DNA of 49,044 bases, filler included, from Catajapyx aquilonaris (Eukaryota): the NCBI GenBank assembly GCA_000934665.2. It is 2 parts of 2 records of this genome, joined end to end, with 100 filler letters (N's around TTAATTAATTAA, not from the genome) between each part and the next. Parts side by side here need not be neighbours in the genome. Positions count along the whole stretch, not along the records: positions 1 to 23,354 come from JYFJ02005700.1; 1 more part is not named here. The stretch is one strand, 5' to 3'. Positions within the stretch are counted from its first letter, which is position 1. The number at the start of each line of letters is the position of its first letter. Made by a program: the position numbers and the translations under genes. Below are positions 1 through 11,925 of this stretch, in pieces. The notes below the pieces were generated by a model, which saw only the letters and a list, made by a program, of their open reading frames with translations, made no database searches and was not told the origin of the DNA.

Positions 1-94
1 TTTATTAGTTCATATGTTGGGTTAGCTTGCGTCTCCCTTCATCGCTGACTACCCCTCATAGGGAAATGTCGTGATGTTGTTGTTGTTGTTGTTG
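1..94 (+). mobile_element. 3' end of an RTE-family non-LTR element with (GTT)n tail, truncated by the window start
   Basis: Closely matches the reverse complement of 43123-43210 (ttgggttagcttg...catcgYtgactaccccTYatagggaaatgt), the 3' end of the TSD-flanked RTE copy; ends in gttgttgtt. Confidence 0.7.
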
Positions 95-479
95 TATTAA
101 TCAGTATGTAGAAGTGTGCATTATAGCCATACGGAAAGCAGAAAACTTGGTGTTATTCGTTGCAAAAGAACTATCTGGCTATAACAGACCTTGGTTAGAA
201 CATCCTTTTTTCCTTAGTTTCATGAAGTCTGTTATATTGGGGTCCAACTGTATAAGCCTCCAACTCAAGAAAATGACCAACTTATGAATTCTTTTATTTG
301 TTTTGATTGTCCCTTAGTGAACATTCCTGCACAATTTTTCATGAAAGAAAAGGCAATTATGTTTTTGACTCTTGTGAATTGTCTTTTTACTGGGTGTGCT
401 CATCAGACTTGACACAGTGTACATGCAGGTAATTTGCTGATTTATGACTAACATACTCACACTCTTGTTTTTTTTTCAG

Positions 480-3400
480 GTGGGATGAATGGGTGACAGT
501 GAGTCGTATACTCAAATACAACAAAGCCAACATCCGGAGGCAGGAGGAAGTCAAGAAGGCACATGAGGCAAAGACGTATGTATATGCCTTGAAATTCATG
601 AAATTGATAGATAGGTAGTTTGCCCCTGAAATTATTCTGCTGAGAAGTGCAGAATATTTAAAGGAAAGGATTTGGTGGGATACTTGTGGAAATACTTACA
701 GAAGCATGAGATTGCAACACTAAACCCTTCATAGCTCTTGGGCTTAGTATTGCATATCTGATGTTTCCGTAAGTATTCGTTTACTTTAAAAGTACTGGAT
801 AATATAAATGATCTGGCCTATATCCTGTTAGAGACTATTATGTTGGAACTATTGCATGTACAGTATACTGTAATCTTGCATGAAACTGCATTTTTTCCTC
901 AACCTCTTAGGAAGAGCAACAAGCTTGGTGGGAAGCGCAAGACCGGCAAGAGTGACAGGTTGAGCGAAGATGACTCCCGATATTCAACTCCATCCAAGAA
1001 GTCATCCGACTTTTCCAACTTGCCCATACCATCTGCCCCTGAGGGTTCCAAGACCCCTCAATCTGATTCTGGCTCTTGCTTGATTCCTTCTGCAGTTCTC
1101 CCATCTGCCACCTCGACTCCTCAACTGGCGGCTGCCGCTGCTTCCCCCCAGTCTTGCTCCTCATCGAATAAAGATATTGGAGTTACTCCCCTTGAGGAGT
1201 TGATCATGTACATAAAGCCTGAAGACAAGATTGTCACCAAAAATGAGGTCACAGTGAAGATACCTCCTGAGCTGAAGCAATGGTTGGCGGATGACTGGGA
1301 GATGATCATAGTTGAACAAAAGGTATGTTAGCCACTTTTCTCTAAGGTTGTGTTTATGAAGTGGAATGAGAAATAAGGAAGAACGTTCATGCTATACTAC
1401 TAGGCTCCTGGTGGTACGGTGCTTGGGTGTAGACTGTATAGTCATTAAGCCTTGAGTATGAACTGAAGTCATGCTTTCCAGATTGTGTTGGAAACATAGT
1501 GTATCAGAATATTGTTATTGTAAAACATTCAGTCAGACGAACGTGTATTACATATCCTATAAATATTATTACATTCTCTCTTTAGCTTGTGAACCTTCCT
1601 GCAAAGACAAGTGTGGACAAAATAATCAGTGAGTTTCTGAAGTTCAAGGCATCTGGCAATGACGACAATCCCAACAGGGAGAGTCCAGTGTTGGAGGTGA
1701 CCAAAGGGATCAAGAAGTATTTCAATGTGACGCTACGCACCCAGCTGCTCTACAAATTTGAGCATCTCCAGTATACTGAGATCATGCAGCAAAATGAAAG
1801 TAATTCCCCAAGCGCTGTCTATGGGGCCCAGCATCTGCTGCGCCTTTTTGGTAGGTAACCTTGCATCAATCAGCCATTTTCTAGGAGCTGAAGCAACACA
1901 GGACTTATGTACTAGTAAGAATAACTCCTAAATTTACTTGTCAAGTGGCTTACTCTTTGGACATGAGGAAATATCAAATCAATATGATTTCTCCAGATGT
2001 AAAAGACATGTGCCATTCACTTTTAAAATCAATCAGTGCAGTGATGAGCATTTAAGTGGTCATGTCATGTGGAATCTTCCATCTTCCAAGCAACCATTCA
2101 AACCATGTGGGGGGTTGCAGTAGTTTCCTGAAAAAGAAGCTGAGTAGTGGAAAACACGTTTTGGGGCAGCAGATGAAAGCATGTGTCTTGAGTTGTACCA
2201 CATCCATTGGCAGAAAACTCTTTTGATCAGAAAACAGATTCTGCCAAAGATCTGTGTCTCCACAACTTTGCAGGCTGAGTCCTCACCATCCTTATTCAGG
2301 CATGCACAAGTAGTTACCGTAACAGTTTATCAAAAGGCCATGCACTGTATATGTACACACATTCACCCCTCATCTGATCAGAGAGCAGGAGGAGAAAATA
2401 TGTCTTCCTGCAGGCTAAATAGAGCCAATGTTGACTGTGGGTTTGGTGGTGGGCCCATTCTGGGTGGTCTTTTTTCAGCTAGGTACAGCTACTTGAGGGG
2501 AAAGTTACAGATTACACACCTGAGGCAGGATGAAATTTTTCTGCCTAAAAAGAGGCTAGAAACATGATTTTGGATGTTGGGCAGCATTGTGCCCCATTTC
2601 AGACAGGCTTCTGTTAATGTACTTTATCTGTGATTCCAACAGCCACTGATTTATTCCTGCATGTGATTTAGGGAACATCCAATTTCCGATCATCTAGATG
2701 CAAAGGTCAGCTGCCAATGACAGGAAGAGAAGAAAAGCACACTCCTTCTGCTTATTGGAGAAAGGATTTTTTTTTTAAAAGGGGTTTTCGCTAAATTTGC
2801 ATGGTTTTTTATGATCAAAATCTAGCAGCACTGCAGTCATTGAATGAGTCAGGGCATGTAATAGAAGATTCTGTAAAAGGCCTCAGGCCTGTCGCAGGGC
2901 AACATTTTATTCGTGATATTTACATCCATGTTCTGTTGCGAAGAGTGTTCTTGTTTGCATTATTGAGCACATGAATCCCTCCTTGCAGTCCATACAGTTC
3001 AAGGTGCAATCTTGTACATAGGAATGAGGTTGTGATATTATTACCCCATCCCACTTAATATTTTCACTGTTTGGCACCCAGCATTTGTGAAATGAAGAAA
3101 GTATTTAAAAACATTACAAGCTTGAACTGTAGAGGAGAGACGTGCTCATCTATAACAATATGCAGTTTCTTGCTCCTGATCATATGGAATGAATAATCCC
3201 ATGAGAACATGTAAATTTCCAAGGCAACCTTATGTGTGTATGGGTTGTGTTTTACATCAGATATTCTCAACTGAGTGGCCTTTTATGATTTTTGCATTTG
3301 GGAAGATAGGCGTATCTTAAGACTGGATAGCTGCTTGGTAGAGGCAGGTTCTGATTACGAAACAGGGTGGCACCAGTTGAACTGTTGCGGTTGATGTGGG

Positions 3401-4419
3401 TTGCAATTGGGGGACTTCCAGAATTCCCATATGACATTTGTATCTTTATATCAACTTCAATGGTCAACCTAATGGGGCTCTCATAAAGATCTGTGAGACG
3501 CTGCCAAAACCACAACCTTCAGTGGGTGATGAGGTTGACTGCTTCATGTGGGTGTGTTTAACATTGTGAAATACAAAGCATGTGGTTATAGGATACAGCA
3601 ACCCTATACTCCTTGTAATATGGTGTGATTGTGGTTCATGCAGGTGATCCAAGAGGACATATTTGGCATTATGATGCAACATTTCATAGGAATTATATTT
3701 GCCTAGTGAATGTTTTCCAGCCAGTAACAGGCATTAACATTGTGAGCTGAGTATGACATTGATATGGAAGGCGATCTGTCCAAATCCAGACAGTAATGTT
3801 ATCTGGTGACTTGTCATTGATTAGAGCAGTTGTAATAGTTGCTCTCTTCACATGACAAGGAATGTATTTGGGTTGGGCACTATTGCCCATTTTACTGGTA
3901 TGCAAACTTCAATTTTATTTCAATAATTTTTTTTGCAGTAAAACTGGGAAGCATGCTGGTTTACCCCCCTCTGGATGAGAAGAGCATAGAGATGTTGCTG
4001 GTCCATATCCATGATTTTCTCAGGTAAGCCTTTCTTTTGATACATGGTGTTTCTCTGACCAAGTTAATGATACAAATGGCGGGGGATGGGGAAAAGTTGA
4101 CGGATATTATTGACCCCTGAGTGATATAAACATAATCGATGACATGCGAGAAAGTAAAGGTAGCTTAACACTTGAGGCTTCAGTGTAAATATGAATGCCA
4201 GAGATAAAGATTAATTAAATTTCTTAGTGTTCTGAACTAGTACTTTTGGTTAAAATCTTGTTTTGTTTCTCCATTTCTTTCTTTATTTTTAGCTATATGA
4301 GCGAGAACAGTTCAGCTCTTTTCAACCTCCAGGCGTACGATGTTGCTCCGCTGGAGTATCAACAAAAGCAGGCAATGAGGAACACGGAGGACGAGATGGG
4401 GAGGATGACTTTGGGGTAG
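480..4419 (+). CDS. MRG15: MRG15/MORF4L1-like chromo/MRG-domain protein, 5' exons outside the window
   Basis: Exons 480-575, 911-1322, 1586-1850, 3939-4023, 4293-4419 with GT-AG introns and consistent phases. Motifs WDEWV..SRILKY (chromo barrel), IPPELKQWLADDWE, LLYKFE.LQY, YGAQHLLRLFVKLGSML, DFL.Y...N (MRG domain). Stop TAG 4417-4419; AATAAA near 4670. Confidence 0.92.
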
Positions 4420-4939
4420 CAGGGGGAGGTGGGGGATAGGGAGATAATGTTTTAAAATTATAATTTTCACAAGTTCAGTGTGATGAGCAAAGTTATTCGG
4501 AAGATGTATCCACTTGATTGATGGTACCTGATTTTTTAATCAATGTCAAGCAACCTTGAGTATTACCCTTAGTTGCATGTAGTGTAGTCTGGAAAAGTGG
4601 TTATGATGTGTAGCCTACATTTAGCTGTCCTACTTAGCAAGGAGTGTGTGATGTCATGATTAGCGTGCGAATAAAGGGCGTGATTTCAAATATCCTCCTC
4701 ATCCCCTTGCTTCCTCCTACCTGCATCCTCTGTGCTGCTTCGGAGGGAGTTGCTACTGAAAATAGCTGCGAATCCCAGCAGCCCTGAAAATGCGAGCAGA
4801 GGGGGATTGGGGAGGGGCCAACTAGAAATGGATCTGTCGAGGAAATAAAATAATAAATGCCTGTCTAAGATTCTTCACTTGACATTCTCTTACTCCCCAA
4901 ACTCCCTTGTTTTCAGCTTCCGTCTTCATCCTTGGAGGG

Positions 4940-5205
4940 TTTGGTTTGGTTTATTAGGAAGAAGCCAAAGCAACTGTGGCTATCTGGCTGTAGAAGAAGC
5001 AAAGGTGGGACAGATGGAGAGAGAAACGAAGAGGAAAAAGAAGAGAGGAAAGACTGGTATCTCTCTTAGTCTGTCTCCTATCCCAAAGACCTGTCCGGCT
5101 TGGGAGGCCCTACCAGTAGACGAAGCTACCGCCGGCATAGCTCTTGGGGTCACGGGAGAAACGCAAACCCCACCACCACGATAAGGTGGAGATACCATCG
5201 GGGGG
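4940..5205 (-). mobile_element. 266-bp non-autonomous SINE-like retroelement with an RTE-type 5' head
   Basis: Perfect 14-bp direct repeat tcatccttggaggg at 4926-4939 and 5206-5219 (TSD). Minus-strand 3' tail aataaaccaaaccaaa. 5' head caccttatcgtggtgg...ggtttgcg...ggacaggtc resembles remembered RTE (Rex3/Expander-type) 5' ends. Confidence 0.8.
5055..5205 (-). ncRNA. Putative HDV-like self-cleaving ribozyme
   Basis: Minus-strand order fits the HDV fold: P1 cccccc/ggtgggg, P2 tggtatctc/gagatacca (9 bp), P3 acc/ggt closing L3 ttatcgt, extended P4 (gtttct/ggagac, gacc/ggtc, ccggc/gccgg, ggtag/ctact), J4/2 gaCtaa with candidate catalytic C at 5069. Confidence 0.65.
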
Positions 5206-6427
5206 TCATCCTTGGAGGGAATTTTCACTTTTGACCTATACTGTAGTAGAGATCTTTCCAGGCAATCAGGCATTAATTAAAAGCAATTGCTCATTCCCTT
5301 GCATATGCAGGCAAGGTAAGGATGTCATAATTCTGGTTTGTTGTTGAACGCGAGATTCATGACCAGAGAAGTGTAGTACTTACAATAATTAGTGTCGAGA
5401 TTGCCCTCCTGGTGCGCTCCAGTCCATGACAAGCAGCGCCTCCAAACGGACAAGACGTGTTGAAACATTGTACTGAGGGGGGAAGGCGTCTCGTTGTGTT
5501 CAGTACATTAAACCGTCGCATTGCTCATCTCTCTGTACACGCGTCCATCCTCAAGTGTTGCGGGAACTTGACCCAAGCTGCCAAGCAGAAGGAAGATTGC
5601 AACGATCCATACTGGCAGATGAGGCACAAGAGCTGCAGGCGAGGTAGCAGTGAAGGGGCTTTATTATACTCTAGGCCTAGGGACTAGGCTGCAGTGCCAT
5701 TTGCATGGAGTCATACACCAATATCTCACTGCATAATAATGAAATTTTATGAAATTTTAAGTTAATTGCTGGACGTTACTTTGGACATTAAAAGCGCTTC
5801 GTCATTTATCCCAGATTAACTCCCAGCTGGGTTTTAAACATTTGCAATACTTACATACTGTAGTCAAACTCATTTTTATGGTAATATGTTAATGATTTAT
5901 TGTAAATCACATATTTAGCAATAATAGCGTTATACTTTCGTGTGTTACAGCCTCAAGAGGATACGTGACAACCTGCCTAGCCTTATTGTGTTCTGCTGCA
6001 CATGACCAGTAAGCAACTTTTGAGTATGATAAGTCATACAGTAAGATCCTTCTCACCCTTACACAATGAAGCCTTCCCCAAATTACATAAAGGAACCTCA
6101 CCCTTCCCTTCTCATTATTTTTTAAGAGTAGACACCTTGCGGGAAATCTGCATGATAATCAATATTAGCTCAGGGTATCAAAATTATTGTTGGTTCTTGT
6201 GCAACCTGTTTATATATAGCCAAGTCAAGGTCTGCGCAAATATTTCTGATTTAATGTACAGGAGGTTTCACTGTGCTGAAATTTATTTAGCCCCTACAAG
6301 AAATAAAGTTCTACTTTCAAGCTAGTACTACCATGTAACAGTCAATTCAGTTTGCACACCATGCATGTTTAGTTTAGGAATATGAAATATAATATGTACA
6401 AGTGCATACTTTTGGTTTCTTCAGATC

Positions 6428-7930
6428 ATGCCTAGAAGTAAGAAGCCCAAGAGTTTGAGGAAACTAAGCATGAATTGCTTGATCAGCACAATTTTGAAGG
6501 AATGCCAAGAAAGTGATGGCAAAGACGTGGAGCACATCTGGAAGAAAGTGCATGATATTCCATCCATATTTGCCAATGAATACATGCATGATCTGTTGAT
6601 GATAGCCTCGAGAAGTTGTGACAAGATTAAACTACGAGGTGCATTTCATTTCTACTGCACTCAGATAGACTTAGAGGAAGCAACATTTGAACTTTCGCCA
6701 AGAGTATTTGACCAACTCTTTGCCAATATGGATATGCTAATGAATCTGGGAGTGCTGAAGACTGGTCATCCTAACATGTTAACTACTGGAGTAAGATTTG
6801 CTTTCTCCAGAATGCCGAAGCTCACTTGCCTCCATTTGCCATCTCCGTTACATCCGGGCACTGTGAGCAATATTATCCGAAACTGCCCAAGGTTGGAGGA
6901 TATTCGTTTGAGATACATTTCGACGAAGGAACTGAAGTCCCTACCATTCGAGTGCAATAAGCTAAAGAAAATCGAGCTTAGGAAAGAAGAATCATGGATT
7001 CCTACTGGTGTTGCCATGCATCTGCTAGAGAATCTTCAGAATCTCGAATCACTGCGAATTGATAACATGGTTGGGATGCTCGAATTGTGCACAGACGTTT
7101 ATTCTCTAAAAGACTTTGTCGAAGACGTTCATCCAAGAGACTCAATGATGCTGATCAAGTTAGTCTACCACTTCCCAGAACTTCATCACCTCTCACTGCA
7201 ACTGCGCTACAGGAACCTGGACCTCTCGCCTGTAAACACGCTAGTCAACCTCAAGAATTTGGAGGTTTCACATGGATCTGCTACCAGCTTGATTTGCCTG
7301 ATTGATGTCTGTTTCCCTCGTCTGATTGCTTTCAGTTGCAAAGAAGTAACCGAACTTCACTGCCTCTTTGGACCGGACATTAACCTGCCAGGTGTTAAGT
7401 CTATCAAGTTACAGCAAACTGGTCTAGTTGACTTGCCTACCATTGGTGAGATTTTCTCTAACCTGGAAAGGATAGAATTATTGGATGGTAATGTGTACAC
7501 TACACTCCCGCACAATATGTCAGACATGTTTCAGGATTTGACAACTCTCAAGACCTCTTCATTGCTAGTGACGAGGCAAATGTGCTGCCTCATGCCTTCT
7601 GGCCATAAGCTGAAAACACTGCACGTGCATGATGAATCTTGTGATGAGCATGATTTCCTGGATCTACTTCAGGCTCCTTCACTGCAAAAGTTGCATACAT
7701 TGAGCTTAACCTCTGCTGATCAAGTAGTCACAAAGGCAATGGCATCTCATATTCTCGAGTCACTTGGAGATGATTTGTGTAAGCTGACACTAAATAGCAA
7801 AATTATCAGTATGTCAAATGCTGAGTACTTAGCACTGGAAAGGGAGCTACAGAAGTACGACATGAGCTTTCATCTGAAGGATGGTCATTATTGGCCTTGG
7901 ATGTGTATGTGCATTTGTAGAGGAGGGTAG
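6428..7930 (+). CDS. 500-aa leucine-rich-repeat protein with N-terminal BC-box-like motif (putative cullin-2/5 adaptor)
   Basis: One long ORF with repeated LxxLxL units (CPRLEDIRL, CNKLKKIEL, FPELHHLSL, LVNLKNLEV, FSNLERIEL). N-terminal SLRKLSMNCL fits (S/T/P)Lxxx(C/S/A)xxxL. Acceptor ttcttcag just before the ATG implies a non-coding 5' exon. Confidence 0.8.
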   Translation: MPRSKKPKSLRKLSMNCLISTILKECQESDGKDVEHIWKKVHDIPSIFANEYMHDLLMIASRSCDKIKLRGAFHFYCTQIDLEEATFELSPRVFDQLFANMDMLMNLGVLKTGHPNMLTTGVRFAFSRMPKLTCLHLPSPLHPGTVSNIIRNCPRLEDIRLRYISTKELKSLPFECNKLKKIELRKEESWIPTGVAMHLLENLQNLESLRIDNMVGMLELCTDVYSLKDFVEDVHPRDSMMLIKLVYHFPELHHLSLQLRYRNLDLSPVNTLVNLKNLEVSHGSATSLICLIDVCFPRLIAFSCKEVTELHCLFGPDINLPGVKSIKLQQTGLVDLPTIGEIFSNLERIELLDGNVYTTLPHNMSDMFQDLTTLKTSSLLVTRQMCCLMPSGHKLKTLHVHDESCDEHDFLDLLQAPSLQKLHTLSLTSADQVVTKAMASHILESLGDDLCKLTLNSKIISMSNAEYLALERELQKYDMSFHLKDGHYWPWMCMCICRGG

Positions 7931-9056
7931 AGGAGCGTTTACATGGTCTTGAAATATGGTATATCATAGATTGCCATAGTCCTGTTACAATCATAAATAG
8001 TTTGGTGGAGTTTGCATATCTTGCTCAATTTCTGAATATTTGAACTTATCATAATTTTAGAATTCGCTGTAGGTCAATTTGCAAAATCATTGGTTTAATA
8101 TTGATCTCTCCTGAAACTTTTGGTTTGATCGTGAAGAATTATTATTTTGCAATTTTTGGCATGAGGTTAATGCCATACAATATCTTTTGCTGTCTGGTGC
8201 CCTTGTGAATTTATTGACTAATACAAACTTTGTGATGTTGGCGATTGTGTAGCAATTAGACATGGTTTGAGATTTTAAAAATAACAAAATGTGACTGTTA
8301 ATTTTTGACGTTTCTGATAATCCACATAATTATCATTATGTGGCTGATAACAGATTAAGTTCCTGAACCTGAAGACAAAATTGATGTTCAGGAACCTCAT
8401 TATATGTTTATTTTGTCTCCCCCCCCCCCCCTTATTTTGCCAGCTTCTGTGGCCAAACATTATGTGAACNTATGTGAACACCTGTGCACCTGTTTCTTTC
8501 TAGTTAGTTTATTACATCTTGCCTAATTATGTTTCACGGATAATGAGAGAATATCATGGTGAATAAATATAGTCAAGCTGATCTAGCATTTTTCTTTTCG
8601 GTTACTGGCAACAATGCTGGTGATAATGGAGCATATAGCCTGGCTCATGAAGCTTACTATTTTCGAAAGTGGCGCCAAAGAGTGTGTCAGATGGGCAGCA
8701 CCTGTCGGATAAGGCATGCAACATAATTAAAAATCAAATTAAAAACATCGGGGGGATAATCTCCCTAAAAACATTCCCTGCAATTATTCAGTTTAAACCC
8801 CGAAAATATTAAGTCTTAAGAATGTCATTTTAACAAGCATGGCCCGAGCCTAGTCTGACTGACCATCTGTTGATAGTGTGCTGCCTGGAGGGAGACGTCT
8901 CCAGAAATTCTTCAACAAATTCTGAGATAATCAGGTAGAAAACTAGAGGCAAATTTGTGTGAAACTAATTAGGCACAATAACGCAATTAAATTAACATCC
9001 TCTTCGTAATTTCCAGGCCGTTTGCTTCATTTAATTGACACTTGAGATAGGCTGCG

Positions 9057-10738
9057 ATGGAAGAGGAATCCGGACCACCTGATGCAAAGAGGCAAAAGCT
9101 GTCAATAAGTGAACAGGAGGTAATAACAATTACAGCTGGTTGTGTCGGGAAATAATTACCTGATTAATTATGCATTTCTAGGGGAATATTCTTCCGAAGG
9201 AGTTGCTGCTGAAGATATTCGGATACCTGTTGAAGCCTGACCTGGTGAGGAGTGTGGGCATGGTGTGCAAGTATTGGAAGGAGATTGCCACGGACTCGAG
9301 TCTCTGGCACGAGGTTACGTTGTCGGGGTTCGTAGGGGATGATCCGGATAGTGTCACCAAAGTGATAGAGGGGATGACGCAGTTGAAGAGATTCACAGCC
9401 AAGTGTGTTCGGCCGTGTGAAGCAGATGTGTACCTGGATGCCATAGGTACGCAGTTGGAAGCGTTGGACTTGGACAGCCTGACGCTTCATGAGGAGCCTC
9501 TCTCTCGGCTTGCAACTAGATGTCCAAATCTCAAGCAGGTATGCCTGTGCAGGTCTGCTCATCTTAGCATCGTAATGCAAGAAAATGCACAAGAACGAAC
9601 CAAGGTCATGCCGTTTTCATACAATGCAATGTTTAGAACTTTATGAGTAGTGTATGTGAGCTGGTTTGTACTATCAGTCCAACAAGAATTGTCGCAGCGG
9701 CAGCTCACGAACTACAATCTACGAGCACGGGGACACGAGAGACTGTAGTTCGTGCGCTGCCGCTGCGACAATTCTTGTTGGACACCAGGTACCACTTCAG
9801 AACGTATGGAAGTGTAATGGAAACACAGTGTTGTGGGATGTTTCTAAATCAAGTCCTCTCTCCTGCAGGTTTGCATTAAACGATGTACCATGGCAAGAGG
9901 AAGCCGACATCCACTGGATATATTCGCATCGTGCCCAAAGCTGCAGTCCATTTCACTTGATGGAATCAAAGGAACAACTCGCATCGACCCATCGACTCCA
10001 CGACGTTGGGATAAGTTGCAGGAAGTTTACATCGACACAGACCTTTCTTCATCTGATGCGGAAGTGAAAGTACTGGCAGAACGTGTTGGTTCACAGCTGG
10101 TTAAGTTGACAGCAATGAGACTGCTTGTCCCAAAGTCATACGCACGTATTGGTCAATGTTCAAACTTGCAAGAACTTCACCTGATGCGGAATACCAGCAT
10201 GACAGACTCTTGCCTCTTGAATGGGCTGTCACCACTTCAGAATCTCCACAAGTTGTCCCTGCGAGTTGCATTATATCTCACTCCAGAAGCTATGCGTCAA
10301 TTCTTGCAAAGACCATACGAATTCAGGCATCTTCAGTTTCTGGATCTGTACTCTACCCTAGGCATGAATAGCTCTTGCTTGTCCATACTTGCAAAAAATT
10401 GTCCGCATCTGACCCATCTGATTCTGGATGAATATCAAAGGAGTTCATCAATTGCTAGGCTGAAAAATGCAGCTAAAGGCTTGGGGAAGCTGAATGTGAT
10501 ACTCAGGGGACTAGATACTAAGAATGAGGATAACCGACAACAACTGCAAGCATTAAATCCAAGTCGTAAAAGGGAAAGCTCGCCCCTGCCTTCAAGATGT
10601 TTAGTTTGTAGCGGTAAGTCAAGAAGAGAGAAAGGGAAACTGCTCCATAGTGATAGGTACAAACGTGCACTGAAATTCGCAAACATGCGAATGCGATCTG
10701 AAATGCGTAGTAGGAGGGTACGTTTCCATAGTCGATAA
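9057..10738 (+). CDS. F-box/LRR (FBXL-like) protein copy A, about 429 aa
   Basis: Exons 9057-9119, 9182-9538, 9869-10738 (phase 0, GT-AG). F-box LPKELLLKIFGYL..PDL..SVGMVCKYWKEIA.DSSLW; LRRs CPNLKQV, CPKLQSISL, CSNLQELHL, CPHLTHLIL; NLS-like PPDAKRQKL. Probable 5'UTR intron 8935-9016. Confidence 0.9.
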
Positions 10739-11925
10739 TCAGCTTCTTCCTGTAAGAAATTTGAGGGGCTGATTGGCGCCATGATCATTTAACTGTGTCT
10801 CAAATAATTTCTGAAAATTAGGATTCAATTGTCACAAGTTGTGCGACTCATTGTCCTTGAAGTGTAATAATCATTATAAGAGCAGTTATTTGAAAGATTG
10901 CTCAAGGAATTTTGTGTACTTAGGTGCATAACTAAGAGTCTGTTTTATGATGGAGTGATGTTCAGGAGGACATGAGCGATTGACTGTTCAAACCTGTGGA
11001 CAGTTATGCCGTTTTCGGTTTTCATGCTCTTGGCTGGCATTTTCTCTTCAAAAAGGAAAAAAGTCAATCACTGCGTATGATTTTTTTTGTATTGTACCTC
11101 TGATGTTTTGAAGGTCTCTTCCCCTGTCATTTTATTTACGTTTAAATTCTTGTGTTCCAGTGTAATTCATTCCTTTTTGTTTTGTGCTTTTCATTTCATT
11201 TTTAAATTTAAAAAAAAAAGGGTTTTTAAATTCAGATGTCAAACCAGCATGTTTACCATTTGTTGATGGTTAACTGCTATGAACCTCGACACTTTTGTCT
11301 TACTAGTAGGGCTGCTCATCAGAAATGTATTTTTTTTACTTTTATCCGGATTTTGCAGGTGACACAAGCAAGTACATGTTGATGTGCTATACGTATGTAA
11401 TGCAATACGTGTCATTAAAAGCTGTGATATATCCGGATGACGTTGCTTTTGATCAGACAGCATCCCCTCCTGACTATCAAAAAGTATTAGCTGTTAAAAA
11501 TATGAAGACCGAATTGAATTTTTAATATACCAAAAGTGGCGCCACAACAGTGTCAGATCCACGTAGATGGCAGCACCTTTCGTGTGAGGCCCTCAACAAT
11601 AATTAAAATGCAATTAAAAACATCGGGGGATAATCCCACTGAAACATTCCCTGCAATTATTCGGTTTAAACCCGAAAGGATTAAGCCTTAAGAATGTCAT
11701 TTTAACAAGCATGGCCCGAGCCTAGTCTGTGACCATCTGTTGATTGTGTGCCTCTGGAGGGAGACGTCTCCAGAAATTCTTCAACAAATTCTGAGATAAT
11801 CAGGTAGAAAACTAGAGGCAAATTTGTGTGAAACTAATTAGGCACAATAACGCAATTAAATTAACATCCTCTTCGTAATTTCCAGGCCGTTTGCTTCATT
11901 TAATTGACACTTGAGATAGGCTGCG

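Noticed and set aside
4879..5273. ORFs over the SINE-like element
   Set aside because: They cross TSD boundaries and are low-complexity; explained by the RNA element.
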